A stretch of DNA of 64,000 nucleotides from NCBI RefSeq assembly GCF_001194135.2, contig NC_068997.1, forward strand, positions 39,609,760 through 39,673,759, in the 5' to 3' direction. The notes beneath the pieces are model-generated. The model saw only the letters and a list, made by a program, of their open reading frames with translations, did not search any database and was not told the origin of the DNA. The translations under genes were made by a program, and so were the position numbers. Positions 25,288-39,010 of the stretch are shown piece after piece (positions within the stretch are counted from its first letter, which is position 1; the number at the start of each line of letters is the position of its first letter). The stretch comes from Octopus bimaculoides (taxonomy: Eukaryota).

Positions 25288-25797
25288 NNNNNNNNNNNNN
25301 NNNNNNNNNNNNNNNNNNNNNNNNNNNNNNNNNNNNNNNNNNNNNNNNNNNNNNNNNNNNNNNNNNNNNNNNNNNNNNNNNNNNNNNNNNNNNNNNNNNN
25401 NNNNNNNNNNNNNNNNNNNNNNNNNNNNNNNNNNNNNNNNNNNNNNNNNNNNNNNNNNNNNNNNNNNNNNNNNNNNNNNNNNNNNNNNNNNNNNNNNNNN
25501 NNNNNNNNNNNNNNNNNNNNNNNNNNNNNNNNNNNNNNNNNNNNNNNNNNNNNNNNNNNNNNNNNNNNNNNNNNNNNNNNNNNNNNNNNNNNNNNNNNNN
25601 NNNNNNNNNNNNNNNNNNNNNNNNNNNNNNNNNNNNNNNNNNNNNNNNNNNNNNNNNNNNNNNNNNNNNNNNNNNNNNNNNNNNNNNNNNNNNNNNNNNN
25701 NNNNNNNNNNNNNNNNNNNNNNNNNNNNNNNNNNNNNNNNNNNNNNNNNNNNNNNNNNNNNNNNNNNNNNNNNNNNNNNNNNNNNNNNNNNNNNATA

Positions 25798-25830
<33 letters not shown>

Positions 25831-25944
25831 GTTTGTATAGATATATATATGTATATGTATATACAAATATGTGTATGTATATCTATATATATATATATGT
25901 ATATGTATGTATGTATGTATGTATGTATCTATCTATCCATCTAT

Positions 25945-26011
<67 letters not shown>

Positions 26012-28120
26012 AACATATATACATACACACATACATAATACGTACATACATATATACATATATACATACATACATACATATTACAAACATCAATAAAGGG
26101 AAGAATTCGTTTGTGTAAAATCGAGATCAACCCTTTGTTAAAACTTGTCTGCTTTAAGGAGCAGACTTATGATAAAATGCTTTCTCGGCATTGGGGGCTA
26201 CATTGGTCAGTTTGGATTTCCCTTCTAAGACGGCATGCTCTGCTTTGGGGAAGATTTTGTTGCTATATGTAGCATCTTTACTAATCGGTTAGTCTCTCTC
26301 GAGGCCTTTATTTCATTCTGTTTGACATTTTCATTTGTTGATTTCATCTACACAAGTAAAATATGAATAGATGTTTGTAGAATATTAGACACTTAAGTTG
26401 TTAGACATTACAACTGCCATGTTCATAACATAAAAGTAACAATTTTCCGTAATTTAGAGTGATTGAGAATAACGAAGGGTGGGGAAAATATTATTGCATA
26501 CCTTCTCGAATACATGTTGAGTTTCCGAATCGAAAAAACCCCTGAATTCAGTTTTGTTCAAATATAAATATGACAATATCAAACGCTAAAATATATTTTG
26601 AAAAATATCTGAATAGAAAAGAGTAGACAACATCTAATAGTAGTTAGAAAAATGTAAAACTTCATTGAAGTATACAGTAGAAGAGGAAGATATAGAATAC
26701 ATTTATTGGTGTAGGTGAAAGGCAGATGCAGAATTTATAATGGCAACGAGATACAAAGTCACGTGTCACTTAAAAAAGATTAACGCAGAATATTTAAACA
26801 ACTGGATTAATGCTGACTCCAATGAATTCTAATCAAAACATAAATCATTTTGCAATAAGATTGGACCGAGCCAAAATGAACTGTTATTTCACTGTAATTT
26901 TCGTCAAGATTTCTGCTGCTGCTGTAATATATCTGTTACTTAAAGAAAGCGACATAGGGAAGGTGGGCATGTCACTTTAGCTGAGTAAATTAATAAAATG
27001 TGATATATCATCGCAAGAAGTTTGCGATAAATCAAAGTGGAGATCTACTGTAGTGTTTACAGTATCAACGATTATAAAATTTCAGCGGAATTATGGAACT
27101 GAATTCCCAGTAAATTTTATGATTACATAAAAAGAAGTATGTATGCATAGTTTGATATATATATATATATATATANNNNNNNNNNNNNNNNNNNNNNNNN
27201 NNNNNNNNNNNNNNNNNNNNNNNNNNNNNNNNNNNNNNNNNNNNNNNNNNNNNNNNNNNNNNNNNNNNNNNNNNNNNNNNGAGAGAGAGAGAGAGAGAGA
27301 GAGAGAGTAGCGGAGTTTGTGTATGCGCATGTGCATGAACGCTCTTGATCAGCAACCTAAGACAAACAATTTTGTTGCTAATTGCGAAATATAAGTTATA
27401 ATTTATTTGAAACCAAATGTAAAAGCAAAATAGGATAACTAAAGTATGTATTTTTTTTATCTTTTGAGGCACTTAATATGAGTGAAATATTTTCATTTCA
27501 TTTGGTTTGCCAATATTTTAATACATTTGTTTGAAGAAAAATCATAATTTGATGATTCAAAATATTTTTATAATTTTAGAATGAAATCTATTTCTTGTTA
27601 TTTGTCAGGTTTAAGCGCTTATTTATCATTGAGTTGGACCTAGCACGATGTTTTAAGTTTTCTTCCTGAGAAGCAAATAATATGGAAGCATACAAGAAAA
27701 AAAAAAACATATTTAGGATTGCTTTCATGTATTTTATGGAAAACATAACTAAAAAGATCTTTCTTCATAATTTATATTTGAAGTATGTGTTAATGAGTAT
27801 TTATGTGTATCTTTGTCTTATCTGCTCTTGGAAAGGAATTCTTCAAAAATGAGATACAAGAACAAGAAACCGAATCATATTTCGCTTTTCAATTCTGATA
27901 GTGGCATCCACAAAAGTACGACTGTCAACATACTTACTTCATATCCAACCTAAAACTGGTAAAATTTCTGAGCATGTACGAGTAAATGTGAATGAATGTG
28001 GATGTATGGAGTGTGCATGCTTGTCGAGGAACAGGTTATTATGTTAGTCATAAAAAGTGTAGAAAAGGGGACCGCAAAGCTGTACGTGAGAAGCTGGAAC
28101 CTGTTAATCTTTTCTTTTTA

Positions 28121-28486
28121 ATCTTTTTAAAGTGTTTCAGTCATTAGACTGTGGTCATGCTGGGGTGCAGCCTTGAAGTTATTTAGTATTAAGCCTGATA
28201 CTTATTCTATCGGATCTCTTTTGCTGAGCCACTAAGTTGTGAGAGTATAAACACACCAACACCGGTTGTCAAGCAGTGGTGGGGAACAGACACAAACACA
28301 CACACACACACATACACACGCACACACATATGATGGGCTTCTTCCTGTTTCCGTCTACCATATCCACTCACAGAATTTTGGTCTGACCGAGGCTATAGTA
28401 GAAAACACTTGTCCAAGGTGCCACGCAGTGGGACTGAACCCGGAACCATGTGGCTGGGAAGCAAGCTACTTACCACACAGCCACGG
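28121..28486 (-). mobile_element. SINE family B, near full length
   Basis: Head, internal (CA)n and tail all align with 59381-59800. Confidence 0.88.
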
Positions 28487-30371
28487 TGTCAAGAGAGTTA
28501 GATTTCTGTATAGGGTGTATATGTTTTCTTTCTTTTTCAAAATCAGTCTGCGTAAACTTTTTTTCAGTTTACTGTAACAGAAGTCAGTTCCATGAAAAAA
28601 AAGAAAGAGCCGTTTTGTTAAGTCTCCTGTTCATTTTTGATTCACGGTCGAAGTTGTCAGGGTTCTTTTATACCGCTGATCCTCGTGAAAGACATATGTT
28701 TGACATATGTATGGGTNNNNNNNNNNNNNNNNNNNNNNNNNNNNNNNNNNNNNNNNNNNNNNNNNNNNNNNNNNNNNNNNNNNNNNNNNNNNNNNNNNNN
28801 NNNNNNNNNNNNNNNNNNNNNNNNNNNNNNNNNNNNNNNNNNNNNNNNNNNNNNNNNNNNNNNNNNNNNNNNNNNNNNNNNNNNNNNNNNNNNNNNNNNN
28901 NNNNNNNNNNNNNNNNNNNNNNNNNNNNNNNNNNNNNNNNNNNNNNNNNNNNNNNNNNNNNNNNNNNNNNNNNNNNNNNNNNNNNNNNNNNNNNNNNNNN
29001 NNNNNNNNNNNNNNNNNNNNNNNNNNNNNNNNNNNNNNNNNNNNNNNNNNNNNNNNNNNNNNNNNNNNNNNNNNNNNNNNNNNNNNNNNNNNNNNNNNNN
29101 NNNNNNNNNNNNNNNNNNNNNNNNNNNNNNNNNNNNNNNNNNNNNNNNNNNNNNNNNNNNNNNNNNNNNNNNNNNNNNNNNNNNNNNNNNNNNNNNNNNN
29201 NNNNNNNNNNNNNNNNNNNNNNNNNNNNNNNNNNNNNNNNNNNNNNNNNNNNNNNNNNNNNNNNNNNNNNNNNNNNNNNNNNNNNNNNNNNNNNNNNNNN
29301 NNNNNNNNNNNNNNNNNNNNNNNNNNNNNNNNNNNNNNNNNNNNNNNNNNNNNNNNNNNNNNNNNNNNATTCCTCCCCTCCTCCTCTTCCCCCTCCTCTT
29401 CCTCCTCCTCTTCCTCCTCCTCCTCCTCCTCCTTATATACACCCTGCCCACTTCCTACCGCCGCCTCCTCCTCTCAATGTCACCTTTCTCAACTTATATC
29501 TTTCCCATCTATCATCTGACTAAAGTCGAAACTAAAATATAACACGTCATCATTAATTATTTAAGTGGAGTTGCTTTTTAGTTTCTCTTTTTCTTTTATT
29601 TCGTCATTGTCCTCTCCACCCCATCAGATTCTTCGCTTTCTCCCCACTTGTGCATTCATTGTTATTTATTATTCTAATGCAGTATCGAGCGCTGTGAGAC
29701 AATAAAGTCCTATCAATTCGAGACCGTGTCATGGTTTCATTCTCCACTTCACTCCCGAAGCTGTCGAGTCATGGAAATCAGGGACGCAGGGCATGCTGTT
29801 TCTTTCCTCTATAGAAGATGCATAAATATGGAATACCTGTACTGAATATGCTACGTCTACTGTATATGAACCTAAATATACCACACATAATTTAAATATA
29901 GTACATGTTTGTCGAGTGGAAAAATAAACTATCGTTACTGTGCCTGTTGTTTAACGCCAAGTCGATCCTCAATGAACAGTCCAATGACCAAAAACATTTT
30001 TATATGGCCATCCTGGTTGTTGAAGACATGGTGTACAACTCACAATGTGTAGGCTTTATTCTGAAGCAACAAACAGTACAATAGTCGAACGATGTGTAAA
30101 GTTATGATTTAATTATCTAGCGGGAAAAAATTGAAGTGTAGACGTTACGTTCTCTTAAAATGTTCAGTGATTTGTTTCGATGCTGATAAAAGAGATTAGC
30201 TCGCACGAAGCTTTCCATCTGTTGGAGCATGTAAGGTACACATTCCTCAGGAAATATATTTAGGCTGCCTGTGGATATTATGTTGCTATTGTAGTTGTTT
30301 TTGCTCTCGTTGTTGCCGTTATTTATCCTCGGGTCAGCTCGAGCCGTTAACATCCGATCTTTCTTTACTAA

Positions 30372-30605
30372 TACCTATTTTTTACTGCCCACAAGGGGCT
30401 ACACACAGAGGGGACAAACAAGGACAGACAAACGGAATAAGTCGATTATATCGACCCCAGTGCGTAACTGGTACTTAATTTATCGACCCCGAAAGGATGA
30501 AAGGCAAAGTCGACCTCGGCGGAATTTGAACTCAGAACGCAGTGGCAGACGAAATACCGCTAAGCATTTCGCCCGGTGTGCTAACGTTTCTGCCAGCTCG
30601 CCGCC
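30372..30605 (-). mobile_element. SINE family A, cleanest copy with a distinct 3' tail
   Basis: GGCGGCGAGCTGGCAGAAACGTTAGCAC...GTTCTGAGTTCAAATTCCGCCGAGGTCGACTTTGCCTTTCATCCTTTCGGGGTCG...TTGTCCCCTCTGTGTGTAGCCCCTTGTGGGCAGTAAAAAATA. Confidence 0.92.
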
Positions 30606-31174
30606 TTCCTTTACTAATACCTTATAACTTTTATAACATATTTTCCTTTTCCTAAACGGTAGTGGTGTGAAGTGAGACAGATTAGTTATCTATTTGTAGC
30701 AGGTCGAGAAGCTCTAAAAATAAATGTCACCCAAATAATATAGAGACTGTAGGGACAATATTTAGGGGAAAACTAAAATATTATTTTACTTTATCACCTT
30801 ACATATTTTTACAGTGTCATACTTCAAGGCTGTGTGCAGAGATTGGCTTAAACCTAGTTTGTAAAAGTAGTGTTGAAATAGGGTGGTGACCAGTTATATG
30901 TGTAAGTTTGAGTTAGAGTAGATTTATGTGTTAGTTAAAGATGATATAAAAATGGGCAACACACCTAGTTAATAGGTAACATTCAAAGAGGCGCTTACTC
31001 CTTACACAGTATATTCATATATATGTGTATATGAATACACATACGTATACTTATACATGTTTATATATATATATATATATATTTATGTGTATATGTGTAT
31101 ATGAATATATATATACACACATACGTACACACAAACACACACACACACACACAGATATATATATATAGGTATGC

Positions 31175-31220
<46 letters not shown>

Positions 31221-31701
31221 GTACACAGGCACACAAGCCAAACATAGAAAGATAAATAGATTTTAAGAGTGGTGAATTAATATATAATGATTTACACAAT
31301 AATTCATAAGCTAAGCATCTTGAAGGTTATGATACCACTGCTGCAGCTATCTATAATGAATATATCTATGAATCTTGAAAAATCTACATCTCGCTTGCAT
31401 CACAGATACCCTCCCCACCTTCTCAAATTTTACAGAATATGGCTACAAACAATATGGCTGCTACATAATTCTTCTAATTTGTTTGAAACAACTAACAAAG
31501 AAGAGAATAAGTGTGAATTTGATAATTTAATCTTTTAAATATTGCATTAAATATTGCAGCAAAATATGTTAATATGTGGAATGTTTCGTTGGCTGATCGT
31601 GTGTGGGAACATATTATGAACATTAAGAGTAGGATATGAAGAAGGGAGTAAGAAAGTATCATCAGAAGGAGGAAATGTGGTGTGGCCATGGGGGTTATGT
31701 A

Positions 31702-31734
<33 letters not shown>

Positions 31735-31874
31735 ATATAGTATGTGCGTATGTGATTATGCGTGTGTGTATGTGTGCTTCTCTGTATTTAATAATAATGT
31801 TAATAATGATGATGATGTCTTATACACACATCCACACGCAAACACATAAACACACACAATCACAATCACAAACG

Positions 31875-31910
<36 letters not shown>

Positions 31911-32523
31911 GAGAGAGATAGATATAGATGTAATGATGTACCTGTACTTATGTATATGTGCACGCATATATATGTGTGTATGTATGCGTATATATTATAT
32001 TCTTTAAATTGCTAGGGAAGGTACCTGAGCAGAAGGATGGAATAAAAACAGTGATATATATATATATATATGAAGATAAAATGACAGAGTAATATGGATC
32101 ACATAAAGCAAAAAGGCAAAAAATAAGAGAGTTAGGCATGCTTATGTGGGAACAACCAGTTGGATGTTTCTGACACGAGTGTATTCTTGAATACGTATGA
32201 TGATAGGGGAGTTAATTTCGAAACGATTCATGACAGTGTCTATGCTGAAAAGAGCACTCTTAGGAATTAATCCATGACAGACAGCAATGAGATTTAATGA
32301 ATGTTCCTGATTTCTTGTGACTACTTCATACTGAGATCGCTGATGGCACCAATTGCAGAATGTTAGAATATCATACGGCAATTGAAACAGTTTGAAGCTT
32401 ATAAATTGCTCTGCACAAGTGTGTATATATACATATATATATTTTTTATAAGCTTAAAGCTTATAAGCAATCACTGTGCATTGACCAAGGTAAATAGTCT
32501 AACGGAAAAAAAGCAGGGTTTTA

Positions 32524-32595
32524 CTGTACGCATGGGACACGAACCCACACCTCTATGTATTCATGACAAGTGTGTTACCATTACACTAACGTACT
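32524..32595 (-). pseudogene. tRNA-shaped unit (Gln-like pseudogene or isolated SINE head)
   Basis: 6-bp acceptor stem GTACGT/GCGTAC, D arm GTGT-AATGGTA-ACAC, T arm GTGGG-TTCGTGT-CCCAT, imperfect anticodon arm, and a T7 run about 12 nt downstream. Confidence 0.5.
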
Positions 32596-32724
32596 CTCTA
32601 TATAAATGAAAGCTGTGGAAGTGACTGGAGAGGTTCTAACTAACCAAATCTTGGATTAGTTATGAACAATGGTTCAGAATCGTAACCACATGATATATAC
32701 ATGTGTACGTATATAAATACAATT

Positions 32725-32890
32725 ATCCATCCATCCCTCTATTCCTCCTTCCTCCATCCATTCCTCATCTATCCATCCATCCATCCATGAACCCATCCAT
32801 CCGTCCATCCAACCGTCCGTCCACTCGTCCATCCGACTGTTCATCCGTTAATCCGTTAATCCGTTCGTCCGTCCAGCCATCCAGCCATCT
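32725..32890. repeat. Degenerate (TCCA)n/(TCCG)n microsatellite
   Basis: Directly visible. Confidence 0.9.
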
Positions 32891-33126
32891 TCCTAGCCCA
32901 CTGTTCCTGTGAAAGTCCTGTGACTAGAGACTGCAAACGCGCCACCAACAAATGCTCTAATCAAAAGCAAATTTTCCAGTTGGATCTTTACGCAAGACTA
33001 TACGTCTCCTGAGTGTTCTAACTCCAGGTCTCTACTCCTGCCGACATTGTCTGAAAAAAAAAAAACTGTGCTGCAATTCTATCCTTAGATATAACCTCTT
33101 ACCCGTAATACCTGAGCTATGACCTC

Positions 33127-33304
33127 TCAATGTGAAAACGTAAAAGTTCGAACCGGAGCTTCTTCCCGGTCTCTATGCTCAGAGACATTTCCAGTTATGT
33201 CACTGTAGTACGCTAGCAGACCATCGTCGAAACCCATTTCGTTCACTTGAGTTTGCACTCGTATTTTTCTGGTCATTACCCAGGAATCATGACAATAAGT
33301 ACAG
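33127..33304 (-). CDS. Candidate coding exon of an unidentified gene
   Basis: Strong acceptor cttttctgttcgattttcgtgttgtag, then a 58-codon open frame CTYCHDSWVMTRKIRVQTQVNEMGFDDGLLAYYSDITGNVSEHRDREEAPVRTFTFSH*. Perfect AAG/gtaagt donor 330 nt upstream at 33634. Confidence 0.3.
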
Positions 33305-33369
33305 CTACAACACGAAAATCGAACAGAAAAGTGAGCTTGGCATGTGTGTGTATGTATGTGTATGTGTGT

Positions 33370-33487
33370 GTGGCTCTTGAACTTCTAGAAATAGCAGCTA
33401 ACCTGCCAAATTACACTCGGTCGTCTCAAGAAAAGCACAATCCCGAAGACAAGTGGGGAAGATCATAGCTTAAATGCTTTCATTACT
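33370..33487 (-). mobile_element. Old SINE-like repeat fragment (family C)
   Basis: Aligns with 37950-38070 (ATGAAAGCATTTAA...GAGTGTAATTT...TTAGCTG.TATTTCTAG). Confidence 0.6.
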
Positions 33488-33719
33488 CTGTGTGTGCGCT
33501 TGTGTGTGTGTCTATGTGTGTGTGCGCGCGCAGGCGTAGGTGCGTGCGTGTGTGTGTCTGCATGCATATGTATACAAACATACATTCATTTATACATACT
33601 ATCAATTAACTTTCAGCCTAGAGATTTGACTTACCTTCCTCCGCGCCCCCTCTCCAGAGACGACCATCTGTGTGCATACGCAACCTTTGACCTATATCTC
33701 ATGTCAGATAGACACCCTG

Positions 33720-34013
33720 ATTATCTCTGGCATCATCACCATCACAACCACCACCACCACCACCACCACCACCATCATCATTATTAGATCCATCATCATC
33801 ATTGTCATCATCACCGTTTTCCTCCTTCTTGTCATCATCACTATCATTGTCATCATTATTATCATCATTGATCATATCATTATCACCGTCATCGTCGTCA
33901 TCGTCGTCATGATGATGATGACGATGATGATGATGATGATGATCATCATCATCATCATCATCATCATCATTATCATTATCAATGACATCGTCTTTGTCGT
34001 CATAGTCATTGTC

Positions 34014-34053
<40 letters not shown>

Positions 34054-34344
34054 ATAGCAGGAGTGATTTCTTACTAGTTCACTATCACCACCATACTTAT
34101 TCCTATAGATGTTATCAACATTATCAATTTTCTCATCATCGACTTCATTATCTTCTTACTCTGCCTCCTGCAACTCCTCCTACCCTAACACAATTTATCC
34201 TCCTCCTCCTCCTCCTCCACCTTCTCCTCACTGTACACTTCATCATCAACGACGACATCACCAACATCATCGCCATCCTCGTTGTGTCTATGGTAGTCAC
34301 CATTGCTATCATTACCACCACAACCACCACCACCACCACCGTCC

Positions 34345-34404
<60 letters not shown>

Positions 34405-34903
34405 GCATCATCATCATCATCGTCGTATTCTTGATCCCCTTCTATTCCTCCTCCTCCTCATCATCATCATCGTCATCGCCGTCGTCGTCATCATCATCAT
34501 TACCATCCTCCTCCTCATCATCCTCTTCATCATCATCTTCATCAGCATTATCATCATCATAATTCTATTCCCATCCCATCCCATCCCTCCTCTCCTCCTC
34601 ATCATCATATTCGTCAACATAATTATTTGAATCACATTAACGACACCACCACAGAACCGCATCCACCACCAGCATCACGACCAATCCAACCGATCCACGC
34701 CCACCAACACCCCCACTCCCAGCACTATCATCAACATCATCATCATCATCATCATCATCGTCATCATCATCATCGTCATCATCATCATCCATAATCATCA
34801 TCAACCTCTCTTCCTCGTCCTCTTCTTCGTAATCATCATCAATGTCATCATCCACTTCATCTCCACCACCATCACCAACGCCGCCACCACCACCACCAAC
34901 ATC
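33720..34903. repeat. Long compound (CAT/CAC/CCT/CGT)n trinucleotide tract
   Basis: Directly visible; runs into an N-gap and resumes near 35990. Confidence 0.95.
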
Positions 34904-37484
34904 NNNNNNNNNNNNNNNNNNNNNNNNNNNNNNNNNNNNNNNNNNNNNNNNNNNNNNNNNNNNNNNNNNNNNNNNNNNNNNNNNNNNNNNNNNNNNNNNN
35001 NNNNNNNNNNNNNNNNNNNNNNNNNNNNNNNNNNNNNNNNNNNNNNNNNNNNNNNNNNNNNNNNNNNNNNNNNNNNNNNNNNNNNNNNNNNNNNNNNNNN
35101 NNNNNNNNNNNNNNNNNNNNNNNNNNNNNNNNNNNNNNNNNNNNNNNNNNNNNNNNNNNNNNNNNNNNNNNNNNNNNNNNNNNNNNNNNNNNNNNNNNNN
35201 NNNNNNNNNNNNNNNNNNNNNNNNNNNNNNNNNNNNNNNNNNNNNNNNNNNNNNNNNNNNNNNNNNNNNNNNNNNNNNNNNNNNNNNNNNNNNNNNNNNN
35301 NNNNNNNNNNNNNNNNNNNNNNNNNNNNNNNNNNNNNNNNNNNNNNNNNNNNNNNNNNNNNNNNNNNNNNNNNNNNNNNNNNNNNNNNNNNNNNNNNNNN
35401 NNNNNNNNNNNNNNNNNNNNNNNNNNNNNNNNNNNNNNNNNNNNNNNNNNNNNNNNNNNNNNNNNNNNNNNNNNNNNNNNNNNNNNNNNNNNNNNNNNNN
35501 NNNNNNNNNNNNNNNNNNNNNNNNNNNNNNNNNNNNNNNNNNNNNNNNNNNNNNNNNNNNNNNNNNNNNNNNNNNNNNNNNNNNNNNNNNNNNNNNNNNN
35601 NNNNNNNNNNNNNNNNNNNNNNNNNNNNNNNNNNNNNNNNNNNNNNNNNNNNNNNNNNNNNNNNNNNNNNNNNNNNNNNNNNNNNNNNNNNNNNNNNNNN
35701 NNNNNNNNNNNNNNNNNNNNNNNNNNNNNNNNNNNNNNNNNNNNNNNNNNNNNNNNNNNNNNNNNNNNNNNNNNNNNNNNNNNNNNNNNNNNNNNNNNNN
35801 NNNNNNNNNNNNNNNNNNNNNNNNNNNNNNNNNNNNNNNNNNNNNNNNNNNNNNNNNNNNNNNNNNNNNNNNNNNNNNNNNNNNNNNNNNNNNNNNNNNN
35901 NATATATATATATATATATACATATATATGCATACATATATGGACATATTGCCATATATACACGCACATATATAGACACACGGCAGCCCTAGCATCATCA
36001 TCACCACCACCATCAGCATCAACAAGGCCTCCACTGCTTCGACTGCCACCATTACCACCACCATCTTCCCATTTATCATTTGTTTATTTTTACTTTATTC
36101 CATTTAGAATATTATTCTCCACCCTTTCCACAGTACTTTAAAATTATTTCTTTCGTTCTTCCTTGCTTTCTTCATATTCTTTCTCCATTCTCTCATCACA
36201 ATGAAATAAAAATGTCAAATATTGAAATTTTTCTCTTTTGAGCCAAATATATTGCTTTTTATGATTCGGAAAATCGATAATTTTAAATTTAATGTAGTTT
36301 CCAGAAGGTTCCGAGGGGGTGGAGGAGGAATGCTGAGAGACGAATTGGAGGAGAAAAACATATAAATACAACTGTGAGTGAGAAAGATATACATACGTAC
36401 ATGCATATATATACATATATATATACTCATATATATACGTACAAATGCATATTATAAATATGTGCATGCTTGTATCTACACACATACATGCATACATGCA
36501 TTGGTGCATACATATGTGTGCGTATTTCTTTATGTTTGCACATATATGCATATATGTTTAACAGGAATATATGCTAATATGTATGTATATGCATGTATGT
36601 ATATGTATGTATAAATGCCTGTACGTATAGATCTACGTATATATATATATATACAGACATACATACATACGTACATATATATATATANNNNNNNNNNNNN
36701 NNNNNNNNNNNNNNNNNNNNNNNNNNNNNNNNNNNNNNNNNNNNNNNNNNNNNNNNNNNNNNNNNNNNNNNNNNNNNNNNNNNNNNNNNNNNNNNNNNNN
36801 NNNNNNNNNNNNNNNNNNNNNNNNNNNNNNNNNNNNNNNNNNNNNNNNNNNNNNNNNNNNNNNNNNNNNNNNNNNNNNNNNNNNNNNNNNNNNNNNNNNN
36901 NNNNNNNNNNNNNNNNNNNNNNNNNNNNNNNNNNNNNNNNNNNNNNNNNNNNNNNNNNNNNNNNNNNNNNNNNNNNNNNNNNNNNNNNNNNNNNNNNNNN
37001 NNNNNNNNNNNNNNNNNNNNNNNNNNNNNNNNNNNNNNNNNNNNNNNNNNNNNNNNNNNNNNNNNNNNNNNNNNNNNNNNNNNNNNNNNNNNNNNNNNNN
37101 NNNNNNNNNNNNNNNNNNNNNNNNNNNNNNNNNNNNNNNNNNNNNNNNNNNNNNNNNNNNNNNNNNNNNNNNNNNNNNNNNNNNNNNNNNNNNNNNNNNN
37201 NNNNNNNNNNNNNNNNNNNNNNNNNNNNNNNNNNNNNNNNNNNNNNNNNNNNNNNNNNNNNNNNNNNNNNNNNNNNNNNNNNNNNNNNNNNNNNNNNNNN
37301 NNNNNNNNNNNNNNNNNNNNNNNNNNNNNNNNNNNNNNNNNNNNNNNNNNNNNNNNNNNNNNNNNNNNNNNNNNNNNNNNNNNNNNNNNNNNNNNNNNNN
37401 NNNNNNNNNNNNNNNNNNNNNNNNNNNNNNNNNNNNNNNNNNNNNNNNNNNNNNNNNNNNNNNNNNNNNNNNNNNNNNNNNNNN

Positions 37485-37521
<37 letters not shown>

Positions 37522-37949
37522 TAAATATATATATATATATGCATGTATGTATGTATGTATGTATATATACAGACACATATATATCTAGATATATATATAT
37601 ATATTTATGAGTGTGTGTGTATAAGTATTTATGTAATGTTTGTATATACACATATGCAAGTATCTGTGGTGCATATGCATATATGCACATACATGTACAC
37701 ATAGATAATTACACAGAAACATATACATACGTACATACAAGCATTTAAACTACACAAAGGAAAAAACTCTGTTGGTCCGTCCAAATATGTTAACGGACAC
37801 ATACGCAGGAATACATTTGAAGTCACACGATTACACACGAATACATACATATCTGTACAGACATAGACACATTTCAGTACACATTTGGTTGGATATGTGT
37901 CGGGCCTTTGTTATTTAGCCGTGGGTCAGCCTTGAGGGATCAACCCTCT

Positions 37950-38070
37950 GATGAAAGCATTTAAACCATGGCCGTCTCGACGTGTCTTCGGAATTACGTC
38001 TTTCTGAAGACGATTGAGTGTAATTTTGTGGATTAGCTGTTATTTCTAGCAGATCGAGCAGACCCGGAGA
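37950..38070 (+). mobile_element. Old SINE-like repeat fragment (family C)
   Basis: Inverted paralogue of 33370-33487. Confidence 0.6.
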
Positions 38071-38131
38071 AGCTCCTTCATTGGTTATAATTATATGTAT
38101 GCCTTTACGTATAAAGCTGAGCAAGTATATG

Positions 38132-38171
<40 letters not shown>

Positions 38172-38895
38172 NNNNNNNNNNGTGTGTGTGTGTGTGTGTG
38201 TGCGTGCGTGCGTGCCTGTCTGTGTCTGTGCCTGTGTGTTTGTGTGTCTGTGTCACTTTGTGTATAAAGTGGGATGCTTGGGGAATCGCTATGATTAATC
38301 AAGAGGGTAAATGCTGTATCTGTGTGTATGTGCCTTTGTGTTAATGAGTGTGAGTGAATATGTGAGCGATAATATGAGTATGTATGAATGATTGGGTTTT
38401 TGAGGAAACAGTGCGTATAAGATATGGTGATAAAGAGAGTATGAGTGAAGCAGAAAGACTAGCTAGACAGATAGACAAATTGGTAGATAGCTTGGAAGGC
38501 AGATAGGAGGCAGTAGGTTGATAATTAAATAGATAGATAGATGATTTATGGAGAGATAAATGGATAACAGAAAGAAAACTCAATATAGATAATTAGATAT
38601 ATACAAACTGAAATAGATATATCGATAGACAGACAGGCAATTTGGATATGCATACATGCGTATGTATATGAATATATAAATAGCCACATGCACGAATATA
38701 TAAAAGATAAACTGATGTATGCATTGAATTGAATATTTTTCGAAACAATAATGTGTGTGTGTGTGTGTGTATTTGTGTGTGTTGGGTTGAGGAGTGTGTG
38801 TGTGTTTGTCTGCTGACAGTTAAACAATTATAGACATTGTATTAAAATAAGTATTGGTATGAATCTTCTGATATGTGTTTGTGTGTGTGTGTGTC

Positions 38896-39010
38896 CAGGA
38901 GCTGTACGTAGTGTCCGGTCCATCAGTCCTCCGAAGCACATCTTTCTCTGTATTGTTATCGATGTCCAGAGTCACCTCGCGAAAGTCGTCGAGCATGGTG
39001 GCCATTAGCT
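38896..39010 (-). CDS. Candidate exon in a GC-rich island, unidentified gene
   Basis: Acceptor ttgtattacgtttag. The frame LMATMLDDFREVTLDIDNNTEKDVLRRTDGPDTTYSSW has codon-like purine-first bias and a GCCACCATG context. No strong donor. Confidence 0.3.

Noticed and set aside
17296-27949. Short minus-strand exon candidates at 17296-17325 and 27938-27949 with gtaagt donors
   Set aside because: GTAAGT occurs often by chance at this base composition and the peptides are too short to assess.
33672-34662. Poly-Ile, poly-His, poly-Met and poly-Ser ORFs (also near 52.2 kb and 54.6 kb)
   Set aside because: These are translations of trinucleotide microsatellites with no non-repetitive coding content.
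38130-38215. Apparent (CA)n/(TG)n palindrome
   Set aside because: It is centred on a 10-N gap and is most likely a scaffolding join between microsatellite-ended contigs.
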